Source of the DNA: a virus
Lineage: Duplodnaviria; Caudoviricetes
DNA length: 37,005 nucleotides
Direction: 5' to 3' (one strand)
IMG/VR virus record: IMGVR_UViG_3300029171_000027
Span: 1-37,005 of that record
A model generated the notes under the pieces. The model was not told where the DNA came from and ran no database searches. It saw only the letters and a list, made by a program, of their open reading frames with translations. The position numbers were made by a program, and so were the translations under genes. Each line of letters starts with the position of its first letter. Within the stretch, counting starts at the first letter, position 1. Shown piece by piece: positions 1 to 9,520 of the stretch.

Positions 1-17
1 GTTTCCCAGTCACGATC
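1..17 (+). other. Random-amplification (SISPA / round A-B) primer tag GTTTCCCAGTCACGATC; library artefact
   Basis: Matches the widely used primer-A tag. It is followed by 9 nt (CGTGGAGAT) that match the genomic copy at 36901 (CGTGGCGAT) with one mismatch, as expected for a random nonamer. Confidence 0.9.
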
Positions 18-122
18 CGTGGAGATCGTGCGGTCGTTACTATCTTTGATTGTTGCTCGAAAGATTGCATATTGCTTGACTGTTTCTAGTTCGATTAAGT
101 CAGTAGTTATTGACCAGTCTGG
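18..122. repeat. Terminal overlap, copy 1 (assembly circularity)
   Basis: 105 bp identical to 36901-37005 apart from one mismatch at position 23. Confidence 0.97.
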
Positions 123-230
123 GTGGTCTTCACGGAGCCATACAATGCGGTGGGCAACTTGCAGATATGGTTTGCCTTTAATGTCCATTAGTGGGAGTTC
201 CGTCCCTTTAGGTGTTTTAAATGTTTTCAT
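18..230 (-). CDS. 5' part of a Rad52/Sak-like single-strand annealing protein (180 aa across the junction, continuing 36900->36571)
   Basis: Manual translation from ATG at 230 (upstream AAAGGA): MKTFKTPKGTELPLMDIKGKPYLQVAHRIVWLREDHPDWSITT...EKAETGSIGRALALCGYG. Lies upstream of the exonuclease. Absent from the ORF track because it is split. Confidence 0.75.
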
Positions 231-250
231 ATATTCCTTTTCTTAGGCTT

Positions 251-526
251 TTAGCCGTCTATTCCTTTAATAAAGTGGTCGGCGTAATGGTCGTCTCCAT
301 AACAGTCGCTCGGCACTCTCTCTCTTAGCCAATCGACCTCTTCTAACAATTCACCGCAACATTGTTCGCTTTTATTAACATCGTGTAGAAGGTCGGCATT
401 GTCTTTTTTTAATTCTGCGTTTTCAGCTTTTAGCTCCCTTATAAATTCTTGGCAGGCTTTCATCGTGGCTAAATAGCTCATTGTGTCGGCGGTGTCTTTG
501 TCGATTGGTGGCGTGGTTACTTTCAT
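251..526 (-). CDS. Hypothetical coiled-coil protein
   Basis: ORF with RBS and ATGA overlap; heptad pattern. Confidence 0.75.
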   Translation of the reverse strand: MKVTTPPIDKDTADTMSYLATMKACQEFIRELKAENAELKKDNADLLHDVNKSEQCCGELLEEVDWLRERVPSDCYGDDHYADHFIKGIDG

Positions 527-738
527 TTAATCCCTTTCTCTTTTTTTATCTTGGCCACGAGGTGGTCAGTTGTTGACCGATAGACCTTGAGCAGACGGTT
601 AGCCTCTCTTAGTTCCTGTTGTGCCTCATCTAATAGCCTCTCGTAGAGCCTAGCAGTGGCTACAAGCGAGGCAACGGCTCGATAGGTGCTAACTAGTAGG
701 TAAGTAAACAAAACGCCTAGAATAATGGTTGTGGTCAT
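523..738 (-). CDS. Hypothetical protein, N-terminal TM helix plus coiled coil
   Basis: Hydrophobic N-terminus; coupled to neighbours. Confidence 0.75.
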   Translation of the reverse strand: MTTTIILGVLFTYLLVSTYRAVASLVATARLYERLLDEAQQELREANRLLKVYRSTTDHLVAKIKKEKGIK

Positions 739-983
739 TATATCGCCTCGTTTAAAGCTGTTCGAACTGCACGGCGTAGTTCGTGAATAGATGAGCTACT
801 GTTACGAATGCCTTTGATAAGCTCTAAATTGAGCGGTTGGCCGTTATCCTGTAGGTAATCCTCGAACATAAATGGCCGTAGGTGATGGAACACTGTTTCC
901 AAAGATTGAATTGACTGTTGAATGCCGACTAAGTTTGCGTCTAGCGCACTAAGGGCCTCGAATTTGTTGTGGTCGTTGTTCAT
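738..983 (-). CDS. Hypothetical protein (probable start ATG 983)
   Basis: GAAAGGTGGACAAAATG ribosome site precedes ATG 983. Confidence 0.7.
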   Translation of the reverse strand: MNNDHNKFEALSALDANLVGIQQSIQSLETVFHHLRPFMFEDYLQDNGQPLNLELIKGIRNSSSSIHELRRAVRTALNEAI

Positions 984-1010
984 TTTGTCCACCTTTCTCT
1001 TTTTACTTAA

Positions 1011-1289
1011 TTAAACGATTTTATAAGTTGCGTTGATACCGGCATATTGTGGTTTGACTGAATACCGATAGCCAATAAACGGGGTCAGTTCCCTGGTTAG
1101 GTAGGCGCTAGCCCGTTGCCATTGCATTGGTGTTAGCGTCTCATAGTGTGCTAGATCTGAGCCGTCAGTATGAGTAAACTTGACCTGCGTTAAATCGATG
1201 ATGTTGGCTTTAGGATAGTCAGACTTATCGAAAACATAAGTAACTATATTAAACCGATAACCTTCTTGTAGCTTCCTCTTTTTAATCAT
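1011..1289 (-). CDS. Hypothetical protein, first early gene
   Basis: ORF with GAAAGGTGG RBS, bracketed by 23-bp direct repeats. Confidence 0.75.
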   Translation of the reverse strand: MIKKRKLQEGYRFNIVTYVFDKSDYPKANIIDLTQVKFTHTDGSDLAHYETLTPMQWQRASAYLTRELTPFIGYRYSVKPQYAGINATYKIV

Positions 1290-1399
1290 CTGTCCACCTT
1301 TCTCTTTTTACTTGGTTGAGATTGCGGTTGGCTATCTGTTAGCTGGCGATATTGTATTTGACCAGTTGCCGAGCTTTTCCGCTTTCTCCTTATGAATTA

Positions 1400-1428
1400 A
1401 TAATAACATAAGATTAGATAAGTGTCAA
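1400..1428 (-). promoter_or_regulatory. Leftward sigma70-type early promoter
   Basis: TTGACA (1428-1423), 17-bp spacer, TATTAT (1405-1400) with extended TG. Confidence 0.75.
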
Positions 1429-1430
1429 TA

Positions 1431-1676
1431 GGTGGATAACTTGACGGCCAGTGTTTGATTATGGTAAGTTTACGAAAAACAGAGCCGAACCATATCATAA
1501 TAGTAATAGGGGTTTGAGGGTCTCGAGAAAGTTACAGGCTCATATTTTTAGGGCTTGTGGATAACTTGGTTAGTCGAACCTGTTAGACGAGGAAAAAGTT
1601 ATCCCCAGATTTAGGGGGTTGCTTGTGGATAAGTCGAGGGTTTTCCACAGGGTCAGGTTCAGGAGCTAGTGGATAA
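1431..1676. promoter_or_regulatory. Cluster of six DnaA-box-like 9-mers; candidate origin
   Basis: TGTGGATAA at 1556 and 1624 (perfect); GGTGGATAA 1431; TTATCCCCA 1599; TTTTCCACA 1641; AGTGGATAA 1668. Confidence 0.7.
1441..1470 (+). promoter_or_regulatory. Putative rightward promoter
   Basis: TTGACG, 18-bp spacer, TAAGTT with extended TG; back to back with the leftward promoter. Confidence 0.45.
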
Positions 1677-1698
1677 GTAAAAAGAGTATAGTAGGGTT

Positions 1699-2115
1699 AT
1701 GATTTGCTTGAGTTGCAAAAGAGAGACGACAAGGGTTGTGACTAGACAAGGCAGGGACTCGTGCGAGTTTTGCGGGGGCCTTTCGCCGTCTGGTCTTTAT
1801 GGCATAGACAATTTACAGGCAGGCGTTAGGCATAGGCTGGATAGCACGATGAACGAGGGCGATATGCTACCATTACACCGCTACAACAGAGACACGAGAC
1901 AGCTTGAGATTAATGAAAGTTTCTTGCAACGGTTCCCAGACACTTTTGACCTTAGCTTGTCTCAGTCAGACCTAGCCACGGCCAACAGCAAGATAAAGAC
2001 CAAAGTCACGGCCAACAAAGAGGCACGAGAGGCCGTCAGACAAGAGATAAATCAAGGGGTAGAGCAAACAGGCCAACTGTCTAATCAAGATATTCAGGGC
2101 GTTGTATATGGCTAA
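1699..2115 (+). CDS. Zn-ribbon protein, possibly leaderless
   Basis: CxxC...CxxC at the N-terminus; TATAGT lies 6 nt before the ATG. Confidence 0.75.
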   Translation: MICLSCKRETTRVVTRQGRDSCEFCGGLSPSGLYGIDNLQAGVRHRLDSTMNEGDMLPLHRYNRDTRQLEINESFLQRFPDTFDLSLSQSDLATANSKIKTKVTANKEAREAVRQEINQGVEQTGQLSNQDIQGVVYG

Positions 2116-2581
2116 TCAGAGCCAAGCCGACCGCTTAGCACAATATATAGAGACGGCTCAGGCTTTAATTAATACCGAGGCTAAGCACAAACCGCCAAAA
2201 GACGGCGACCTCATTGAACTAATTATCTCAGGCATAAGCTCAGGCATTAATCCTAAACAAGTCTGCCAGGCGGTTGGTGTTGATGAGACGAGCCTTAAAA
2301 ACCTATTGAAAAACAATCCAAGGTATTTGAGAGCTATCCGACTGACCAAGCTGCAAAGTGAGATGAGGCTTGTGAAAAAGCTATCAGACTCAAAGGATTG
2401 GAAGGCCCAGATGGCCTTATTGGCAGTGGCTAACCCTAATAAATACAATAAGGTGATCAACAAGGCCGAGATCATCAACAAGGCAGCCAACATTATTGAG
2501 GCCAGGCAGTTTTACAATATTCCAGTCAAGCTAACCGCCGATAGCGTCAAAGAGAGTATACAGAATGAACTCACAGGCTAA
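2108..2581 (+). CDS. Putative terminase small subunit (HTH)
   Basis: HTH-like segment (KQVCQAVGVDETSL) and a DWKA motif; directly upstream of and overlapping TerL. Confidence 0.65.
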   Translation: MANQSQADRLAQYIETAQALINTEAKHKPPKDGDLIELIISGISSGINPKQVCQAVGVDETSLKNLLKNNPRYLRAIRLTKLQSEMRLVKKLSDSKDWKAQMALLAVANPNKYNKVINKAEIINKAANIIEARQFYNIPVKLTADSVKESIQNELTG

Positions 2582-4037
2582 CGTTTGGCAACCTAACAAG
2601 AAACAAGAGTTTGCGTTATCAAGGCCAGAGTTTGAGGTTCTTTATGGTGGTGCAAGAGGCGGTGGCAAGACAGAGGCAGGCATTATCGGCATGCTTGATA
2701 TTATTGACCACGCTAAGGCTAGAGGCCTGGTTATACGTGAGAATTATATTGACCTAGCCGACTGGATAGACAGAGCTGAAAAGGTTTACAGGGACTTCGG
2801 GGCTAAGCTTTACAAGTCGCCAGCTAGGTTTGTTTTTCCGTCAGGGGCTAAGATAGCCCTAGGCCACTTTAAAGACAAGAACAGTTATAAGAAATACCAA
2901 GGCCAAGAGATAACCCGACTCAATATCGAAGAGATAACGCAACAAAAGAGCGAAGCCGATTATGAAAAGCTAATACAGTCTGTCCGCTCATCTATTCCAG
3001 GGCTGTTACCTCAGATATTCTTAACAGGTAACCCTGGAGGCCCTGGCCACGGATGGGTTAAGCGTCGTTTTATTGATAACACGCCAGCTTATACACCTTA
3101 CTTTGACAAGAGAACCAAGACAACCCGTATTTATGTGCCAGCCACAGTTGAAGACAATCCTAACTTACTTGAGAACGACCCTGGCTATATTGCTAGACTA
3201 GAGGGCATTAAAGACGAGGCATTGCGTAGAGCCTGGCGTTACGGTGACTGGTCAGTCTTTGAGGGACAAGCGTTCCCAGAGTTTGATAAAGCCAAGCATA
3301 TAGTAACTAGCCTACCATCAGGCGTTAATAAGAATTGGGTTAGGGTAATAGGGTTTGACTGGGGTTATGCTGATAATGCTTGTGCGATATGGCTTGCTAT
3401 TAGTCCAGACGGTAATAAAGCCGTAGCCTATAGAGAGCTATACGCCAACCAACGCAGACCAAGTGAGTGGGGCGAGATGATTCGTTCAATAGTTGCTCAA
3501 GAGCCGATTAAACACTTAATACTTCCGCACGACTGTTTTGCTGAGGTGCAAGGTAATATTACAATTGCCAAGATATTCCAAGAGAAAACCAAATGCCACA
3601 TAGTAGAGGCCTCAACCTTAGCCAAAGGTGCCAGACTTTTGCGTAAGACAATCCTACACGAATACTTAGCTAACGGAGAGGACGGGCAACCAAAGATGAC
3701 CATATTAAACTGCCCTAACCTAGTCAGAACTTTGCCTGACCTAGTTTACAAGGGTGGAGACAGTAACCCTGAAGACATCGACACGACTCAAGAAGACCAC
3801 GCCTATGACGCTCTGACAGTCGGGTTAACCACTTATCGGCAGATGTATATTTCACTAGCTACACCGTTAAGAATGAAACAAGCTCACAGTCAATTCTTTC
3901 GTAAGTCAGAGGGGCTACAGCGAGAAAGCGACTCACAGTTTGATGAGCTTAATTTGGATACGGTAGCCATTAATGATGTTTTTGTTGGGGCGGACTTTAA
4001 CCGAATTAGCAAGTGGCTTGAGGCTCAAAAAAGATGA
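2565..4037 (+). CDS. terL: Terminase large subunit
   Basis: Walker A GGARGGGKT, Walker B LNIEE, motif III TGNPGG, nuclease GFDWG and EDHAYDAL. Confidence 0.95.
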   Translation: MNSQANVWQPNKKQEFALSRPEFEVLYGGARGGGKTEAGIIGMLDIIDHAKARGLVIRENYIDLADWIDRAEKVYRDFGAKLYKSPARFVFPSGAKIALGHFKDKNSYKKYQGQEITRLNIEEITQQKSEADYEKLIQSVRSSIPGLLPQIFLTGNPGGPGHGWVKRRFIDNTPAYTPYFDKRTKTTRIYVPATVEDNPNLLENDPGYIARLEGIKDEALRRAWRYGDWSVFEGQAFPEFDKAKHIVTSLPSGVNKNWVRVIGFDWGYADNACAIWLAISPDGNKAVAYRELYANQRRPSEWGEMIRSIVAQEPIKHLILPHDCFAEVQGNITIAKIFQEKTKCHIVEASTLAKGARLLRKTILHEYLANGEDGQPKMTILNCPNLVRTLPDLVYKGGDSNPEDIDTTQEDHAYDALTVGLTTYRQMYISLATPLRMKQAHSQFFRKSEGLQRESDSQFDELNLDTVAINDVFVGADFNRISKWLEAQKR

Positions 4038-4354
4038 AACAATATAACGACATTACCGTAGTTTTATCTTTACGGCTTAATGGTAACCAAATTGACACTA
4101 CAGAAAAACGATTTCGCTGTATTAACTGCTCTAAGGTTGTTTTTGCTTATAGTGGTGATATTGTGAAAGTGCAAGATATAGTCAATACTGAAGCTAACGG
4201 CGTGGCTATAGCCTGCTCTGGTCAAACGGTTAGATTTATTGGTGGCATAGACAAACGCAAGAAGTGCCTTGAGTGTAACCGTATGCACGACTACAATATC
4301 GGTGGGGCGATAATAACCGAACAGTGTAACAACCGCTACATAATAAACCCTTAA
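4034..4354 (+). CDS. Cys-rich Zn-binding protein
   Basis: Two CxxC motifs plus single Cys; sits between TerL and portal. Confidence 0.7.
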   Translation: MKQYNDITVVLSLRLNGNQIDTTEKRFRCINCSKVVFAYSGDIVKVQDIVNTEANGVAIACSGQTVRFIGGIDKRKKCLECNRMHDYNIGGAIITEQCNNRYIINP

Positions 4355-4356
4355 AT

Positions 4357-6180
4357 ATGAACCAAAACTTAGATATTTTAGAGATTAACCCTAACATCTC
4401 CTTACCAATAGGCGATGATGAATTAGTTTCTCTTGTTGCCTTACACGAAAAGAGTTACGACCAATATTACTCTTCCGCCGAATACGATCGAAGAGCGAAA
4501 AGTAATACAAATCTTTATTACGGGCGGTTCGGGGCAAATGAGACTAGTGCTATCTCTTTTGCTTTGGCAGGCAGAGAAGCCCCAACACTCCATAAAAACA
4601 ACATCATCTTTAGAAACCTTAATACTCGCCTAACTCTTGCCACCAGTCGTATGCCCGACATTATTGTAAACCCTATGAATGCCTCAAAAGAGGCTATTAC
4701 TTGGGCAAAAGACCTGTCGGCACACTTCAAGAGCCGTTTCGATAAAGGGGCGATTAAACGCCTGATTAAAAAGGGTTTGCGTCATAACGAACTCAAGTTT
4801 ATTGGTATTATTAAAGCCTACTGGTCAGAGACTGAAAATGATTACTGCTTTGAAATTGTTAACCCAGACAATATCAAGCTAGACGCTACAGCCGTTCCAG
4901 TTGAAGAGGGAATGAGTAGCGATAACTGCCAAGTAATCACTGAGTCAATTGCAATTAACACACGCGAACTTATCGCTAGGTATCCTGAAAAAGCTGACGC
5001 TATCCTTAAAGCCGTTGCAACCGAGCTTGAAGAAGCTCCAGCTAAGATAAGCTACAAACAGGTTTGGTTTACTTATTACGTAGGCAAAGAGAGACGTGAG
5101 GGTTACGCTGAGATAATTGGCGATGTCGTCCTAGTCAAGAGAGAGACCCCTTACTTCGACTACAAAGGTGAAGACCAAGAGTTTGGCGAAACCGAAAACG
5201 AGGTAATTGACGAGACGACTGGTGAACTTATGCAAGTCGCCGCTCCAGTAACTTTCAATAAAAAGAATAACTTCTTTAGCTACGCTCACAAACCGTATAT
5301 TCTAATCAACTACCACACTGGCGAAGACGGGCCACTAGACGCTACCAGTATTACTGAACAGGCAGGGTCACTGCAAAAGATGTATAACGCTCGTTGGAAG
5401 CAGATTAGCCGAATTAACGCTGCTAGTATTCCTAGACCAACTTACCTTAATGTTCCAGATGATACAGTTACCAACGCTCATAGAGACGAGAGTTCCTACT
5501 ACGAACCAATCTCGATTAAAGGCGACCTGGGCTCTGACGTTACCAACGTTAATAACATTGTTACTTGGTCTCAAGCTCCAGCTGCCAGCCCTATGCTTTA
5601 CCAAGATTTACTGAATATTAGTAAAGAATTAGACTCACAGTATGCTACGCACTCTACCACTAGAGGTGAAACTATAGGCAACGAAAGCGGTTTATCTAAA
5701 AGTATTACTCGTGAGGGAGACTTGACACTAGCTGACGACCTAGTTGATGTAGTTATTGAGCGAATAGTCTCTGAAATGGCTCAGTGGGGTGCTCAATTCA
5801 TCGCCCTTTATTACGACGAAAAGCGCTCTAGTCTCAATCTAAGTAGCGATGAAGAAGTCAACTCAGTCTCAGTCTCCAGAGAGAACATTAATCCCAATAT
5901 GGCTATTACTGTTAAGGCCTCGACGACCGATGAGAGAGAGCGAAAAGACGCTATTCTTGGTCTGGCTAACTCTGGTAACACCGACCCTTATACTCTTTTT
6001 GAAGAGTTGGGCATTGAGAGACCAAAGGAAAAGGCAAAACGCTTACTAGACTATAATAAGGGTCAATTTAACGCTGATTACGCTGAACTCTTAGGTATCG
6101 AGATACCAGAGCCAGCGGTAGAGCCAGGAGCTCCAGCAGTCCTGCCAGAAGCTGACTCAGAACCTACTATGCCGTTTTAA
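4357..6180 (+). CDS. Portal protein (P22/podovirus-like)
   Basis: 607 aa, after TerL and before scaffold/capsid; GIIKAYW and VNPDNI-type motifs. Confidence 0.8.
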   Translation: MNQNLDILEINPNISLPIGDDELVSLVALHEKSYDQYYSSAEYDRRAKSNTNLYYGRFGANETSAISFALAGREAPTLHKNNIIFRNLNTRLTLATSRMPDIIVNPMNASKEAITWAKDLSAHFKSRFDKGAIKRLIKKGLRHNELKFIGIIKAYWSETENDYCFEIVNPDNIKLDATAVPVEEGMSSDNCQVITESIAINTRELIARYPEKADAILKAVATELEEAPAKISYKQVWFTYYVGKERREGYAEIIGDVVLVKRETPYFDYKGEDQEFGETENEVIDETTGELMQVAAPVTFNKKNNFFSYAHKPYILINYHTGEDGPLDATSITEQAGSLQKMYNARWKQISRINAASIPRPTYLNVPDDTVTNAHRDESSYYEPISIKGDLGSDVTNVNNIVTWSQAPAASPMLYQDLLNISKELDSQYATHSTTRGETIGNESGLSKSITREGDLTLADDLVDVVIERIVSEMAQWGAQFIALYYDEKRSSLNLSSDEEVNSVSVSRENINPNMAITVKASTTDERERKDAILGLANSGNTDPYTLFEELGIERPKEKAKRLLDYNKGQFNADYAELLGIEIPEPAVEPGAPAVLPEADSEPTMPF

Positions 6181-6194
6181 ATAAAGGGGAGAAA

Positions 6195-6965
6195 ATGAAC
6201 AAGAACGAACCACTTGAGTCTCTACTTGAGACTGACAATACCATCATTGACGATACGAACACTCAAGACGACACGAGTCAAAACGATATAGACCAAGACA
6301 CTGAAGAGAAAAAAGCGGTAGAGCCTGAAACCGCTGTAATCTCAGCCGAGGAATTAGAAGAGCTACGCTCAATTAAATCTCGGCAATCTGAAATAGACTC
6401 CGAGTTAGCAGACTTTAGAAAGCTCAAAGAATCACTAGTTCCAGCTGAGACTGAAACCGAGGAAGAGCCAAAGTTTACGAGCTTTAAAGACTTACTGTCT
6501 AGAGTTAAGTCTGAGATTAAAGCTGAAGAGGCGGCGGAAAAAGCAGCGGCAACTCAAGAGCAGAAAGCCATCGAAGAAGAGAATAAGCTCTATATGGCTG
6601 AACTTGATAAAGGTCTCAATGATTTAGCTAAAAACAACCTAATTCCGCCTTTAGACGAAAAAGACCCTGAGAGTAAGGCAGTTAGAGCTGAGATTCTAGC
6701 TTATATGATGAAAGCTCGCAGTAAAGATGTGACAGCAGCAGCTAGCGAATACTTACCACTGCGAGAAGATGGTTGGAAGATAGATGTCAATAATCTTTCA
6801 ATGGTCAAGAAGAGCCGACCTGATTCAGGACTCCGCCTACCTATCGGTGGCAATAGTCGAGTCAGTGGGGCCCCCTCATTAGGCCTTACACCAGAGCAAT
6901 ACTCCAGAATGTCGCTAAGCGAAGTTCAAGCCTACAACAAAAGACGGATTTTAGCAGAGGAATAG
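6195..6965 (+). CDS. Probable capsid scaffolding protein
   Basis: Acidic, coiled-coil; between portal and capsid. Confidence 0.65.
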   Translation: MNKNEPLESLLETDNTIIDDTNTQDDTSQNDIDQDTEEKKAVEPETAVISAEELEELRSIKSRQSEIDSELADFRKLKESLVPAETETEEEPKFTSFKDLLSRVKSEIKAEEAAEKAAATQEQKAIEEENKLYMAELDKGLNDLAKNNLIPPLDEKDPESKAVRAEILAYMMKARSKDVTAAASEYLPLREDGWKIDVNNLSMVKKSRPDSGLRLPIGGNSRVSGAPSLGLTPEQYSRMSLSEVQAYNKRRILAEE

Positions 6966-6972
6966 GTAACGC

Positions 6973-7058
6973 TTGACAATAGTAGACTGCTTGATAAACT
7001 TAACTTAATAATTTATCAACCCATCTATGCTTAAAGCACGAGAAAACTCGTGTTTTTT
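6973..7058 (+). promoter_or_regulatory. Promoter plus leader with terminator-like hairpin before the capsid gene
   Basis: TTGACA-16-TAAACT; ATGCTTAAAGC at 7027; stem GCACGAG/CTCGTGT followed by a T-run. Confidence 0.65.
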
Positions 7059-7076
7059 GTCGAAAGAAAGGAAACA

Positions 7077-8186
7077 ATGGCTCGTTATTCCGATACCAAC
7101 TCTGCAGTTGGAACACTTACCCTCGAAGGTCAGTTACCCAAAGTTACTGATGAAGTCTTTGGTGCTAACGCTTTCACAATGCGTTTAATGGCTCGCCCTA
7201 AGCGTTGGGCTGGTCGAACACTCGACAAAGCAATTAAATATCAGCTAAGCAACTCTATATCTAGCTTTTCTGGTCTTGACGGTATTACCCCAAGCCTACT
7301 GAACACTAAAGTTCGTATGAGCTTTGATTTGCGAGGATTGCATACTGACGTTACTATTGACGGTATCTCGTATGCCCTCAATAACTCAAGTGGTAAAGCC
7401 AAAATCGTTGACTTAGTTAACGAAGCCGTTGAAGAAAAGAAAGCTGAAATGGCTGATTATCTTGGCACGCAGGCTTACGGCACTGGTCTTGGTAACAGCT
7501 CGAAAGACATTGTCGGTTTGGGTGCGTTAATTGATGACGCAACCGATGTAACTACTTACGGCAACCTTAGCCGTTCAACCTACACTGTTCTTAACGCCAC
7601 TCGAACAGCGGTAACTGGTGGAGTCTTTACCCTCTCTGACTTCTCGACTCTCTACAACGCTATTTCTAACGGCACGACTAACTCGACACCAACCGTTGCT
7701 CTTTGTGGCAACACTGTATTCGGCGTCATCGAGGCGACACTAACTCCTCAAATGCGTGCGACTTACGAGCAGATTGGTTATTACACCTACACCAAGAACG
7801 ATATGCTTCCAGCTGGTTCAGGCTCAAATAAGGGTCTTATCGGTAACGGTGGCTTCGTTGCTATGAACATTAAAGGTGTTCCAGTTGTTAAAGACACTAA
7901 AACCACTTCAGGTAACCTGACCTTAGTCAACGACAGTGCAGTCGATTGGTATGGTGCCAGTATGGACAAGTTCGGTGACACGTGGGAAGAGGTCAAGATG
8001 TCGATGAATACAATCGACACTTCGGTTTACAACGACAGCGGTGCTACTTACTTCGGTATGAACTGGTCAGGCTTCAAAACCAACGGCCAAGCCAGCTATG
8101 TAACTAGTGAACTGTCAATCCTGGGTAACATCGTCAGTTTCCGACCAAACTACTTCGGTCGCCTAACTGGTATCACTACTAGCTAA
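7077..8186 (+). CDS. Major capsid protein (HK97 fold)
   Basis: 369 aa from ATG 7077 (GAAAGGA RBS); KDIVGLGALI, IKGVPVVKD and a C-terminal GRLTGI pattern; position after scaffold. Confidence 0.85.
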   Translation: MARYSDTNSAVGTLTLEGQLPKVTDEVFGANAFTMRLMARPKRWAGRTLDKAIKYQLSNSISSFSGLDGITPSLLNTKVRMSFDLRGLHTDVTIDGISYALNNSSGKAKIVDLVNEAVEEKKAEMADYLGTQAYGTGLGNSSKDIVGLGALIDDATDVTTYGNLSRSTYTVLNATRTAVTGGVFTLSDFSTLYNAISNGTTNSTPTVALCGNTVFGVIEATLTPQMRATYEQIGYYTYTKNDMLPAGSGSNKGLIGNGGFVAMNIKGVPVVKDTKTTSGNLTLVNDSAVDWYGASMDKFGDTWEEVKMSMNTIDTSVYNDSGATYFGMNWSGFKTNGQASYVTSELSILGNIVSFRPNYFGRLTGITTS

Positions 8187-8213
8187 TAACTAAAAGTAAG
8201 AAAAGGATTAAAA

Positions 8214-8945
8214 ATGCTTTTGCAAACTAACGCAATCGTAGTCTCGGTAGACCCATACGAGCAAAGCTCGTTAGGTCAAAACACACTAGGCTCACGCACC
8301 ACGGCTGGTGACGCTCGTGAATACACCTACGCTAAGGCTGGTGCCTCAAACATCAGTAAAGGTAAGCTACAACTTTCGCCAGCTCAAAAAACCAACCATC
8401 ACAATATGGCGGTTGGAGCTGCTGCCGCTATCGGTGCGACTGAAGTATCAGTTACTTTAGGTGCCACCGCAGCCGTAGCCGATGAGTATGACGAGGGTTT
8501 ACTGGTAATTTCAGTTACCCCAGGTCAAGGTCAGGTTCTGCGTATCAGTCGTAACCCTGCTATTGCTTCGTCAGGCACAGGAACAATTGTTCTTGCCGAC
8601 CAGTTGGAAGTAGCCCTCACTACATCTTCTAAGGCTAACTTGGTTCACAATGTAGCTAACGGTGTTGTCGAAGCTGCTGTTAAGACTCGTCGAGCCGCTG
8701 GCGTCCCTTACATCGACATTACAACGCTACAGTTTGGTTGGTTAGCTTCCAGAGGCGTCGCTGCTGTTTTAGCAGACCAGACTATTACCCTTGGTGCTCA
8801 ATTATCTCCTTCGGGTTCGGTCGCTGGTGCGGTTATTGAAAACGCTGATGTTACCGCCCCTCAAGCTGAAGTTATTGTCGGTCAAGCCTCAGTAATGGCT
8901 GGCGTTGACGCTGAGTATCGTCCAGTATGTCTGAACATCGCCTAG
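8214..8945 (+). CDS. Probable capsid decoration / minor capsid protein
   Basis: Ala/Gly/Val-rich with REYTYAKAG and FGW motifs; strong RBS; directly after the capsid gene. Confidence 0.6.
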   Translation: MLLQTNAIVVSVDPYEQSSLGQNTLGSRTTAGDAREYTYAKAGASNISKGKLQLSPAQKTNHHNMAVGAAAAIGATEVSVTLGATAAVADEYDEGLLVISVTPGQGQVLRISRNPAIASSGTGTIVLADQLEVALTTSSKANLVHNVANGVVEAAVKTRRAAGVPYIDITTLQFGWLASRGVAAVLADQTITLGAQLSPSGSVAGAVIENADVTAPQAEVIVGQASVMAGVDAEYRPVCLNIA

Positions 8946-8970
8946 TAACCCAATAAAGAAAGGATACCTT

Positions 8971-9162
8971 ATGGCTAAAAAGCACAAAGAGACCTTTGCT
9001 CCTACCAATTGGGTTTGTCCTGATTGTTCAGAGACTGGTTTCGAAAACGGTATTGTCAAAAACGACAGTAAACTCTGCCCAACCTGCGATGGCTCACCAG
9101 TCAGAGTAGTTGAGGGACAGGTCGAAGAAATCGAAGTCTTCGAGACAGTTGAGGAGGAATAA
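8971..9162 (+). CDS. Small Zn-finger protein
   Basis: CPDCSETG...CPTCDG; strong RBS. Confidence 0.75.
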   Translation: MAKKHKETFAPTNWVCPDCSETGFENGIVKNDSKLCPTCDGSPVRVVEGQVEEIEVFETVEEE

Positions 9163-9515
9163 TGGCTTCTTTAGAAAACTTTATTCCGCAACTTAAAAGA
9201 ACACTTGAGTTATTTACCGAAGGCACAGCGACAGCTGCTTCGGGTGCTGCCACCCTTAACGGTAACAAGGGCACAGTAACTTCAGAGGCACTGACGACTG
9301 CTGCTGGTTCTAACTACACGCTGACCTTGACTAACAGTAAAGTTAAGACCACCTCTAATGTTCTTTGCACAGTTGATAATGGAACTAACACCACTGTAGG
9401 ATTGGCTATTAACCGAGTCACTCCTGCTGCTGGCTCAGTCGTTATATTGGTGCGGAACACTCACGCTTCTGCAGCACTAGACGGCACGATTAAAGTTCGC
9501 TTCACTATTAGCTAG
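9162..9515 (+). CDS. Probable virion structural protein
   Basis: Thr/Ala-rich beta composition; GAGGAGG RBS. Confidence 0.65.
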   Translation: MASLENFIPQLKRTLELFTEGTATAASGAATLNGNKGTVTSEALTTAAGSNYTLTLTNSKVKTTSNVLCTVDNGTNTTVGLAINRVTPAAGSVVILVRNTHASAALDGTIKVRFTIS

Positions 9516-9520
9516 ACACT

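Noticed and set aside
18-122. Biological direct terminal repeat
   Set aside because: It falls mid-gene and starts at a primer site, so it is an assembly overlap.
19-246. + strand 75-aa ORF
   Set aside because: Antisense shadow of the SSAP gene; its start lies in the primer-derived nonamer.
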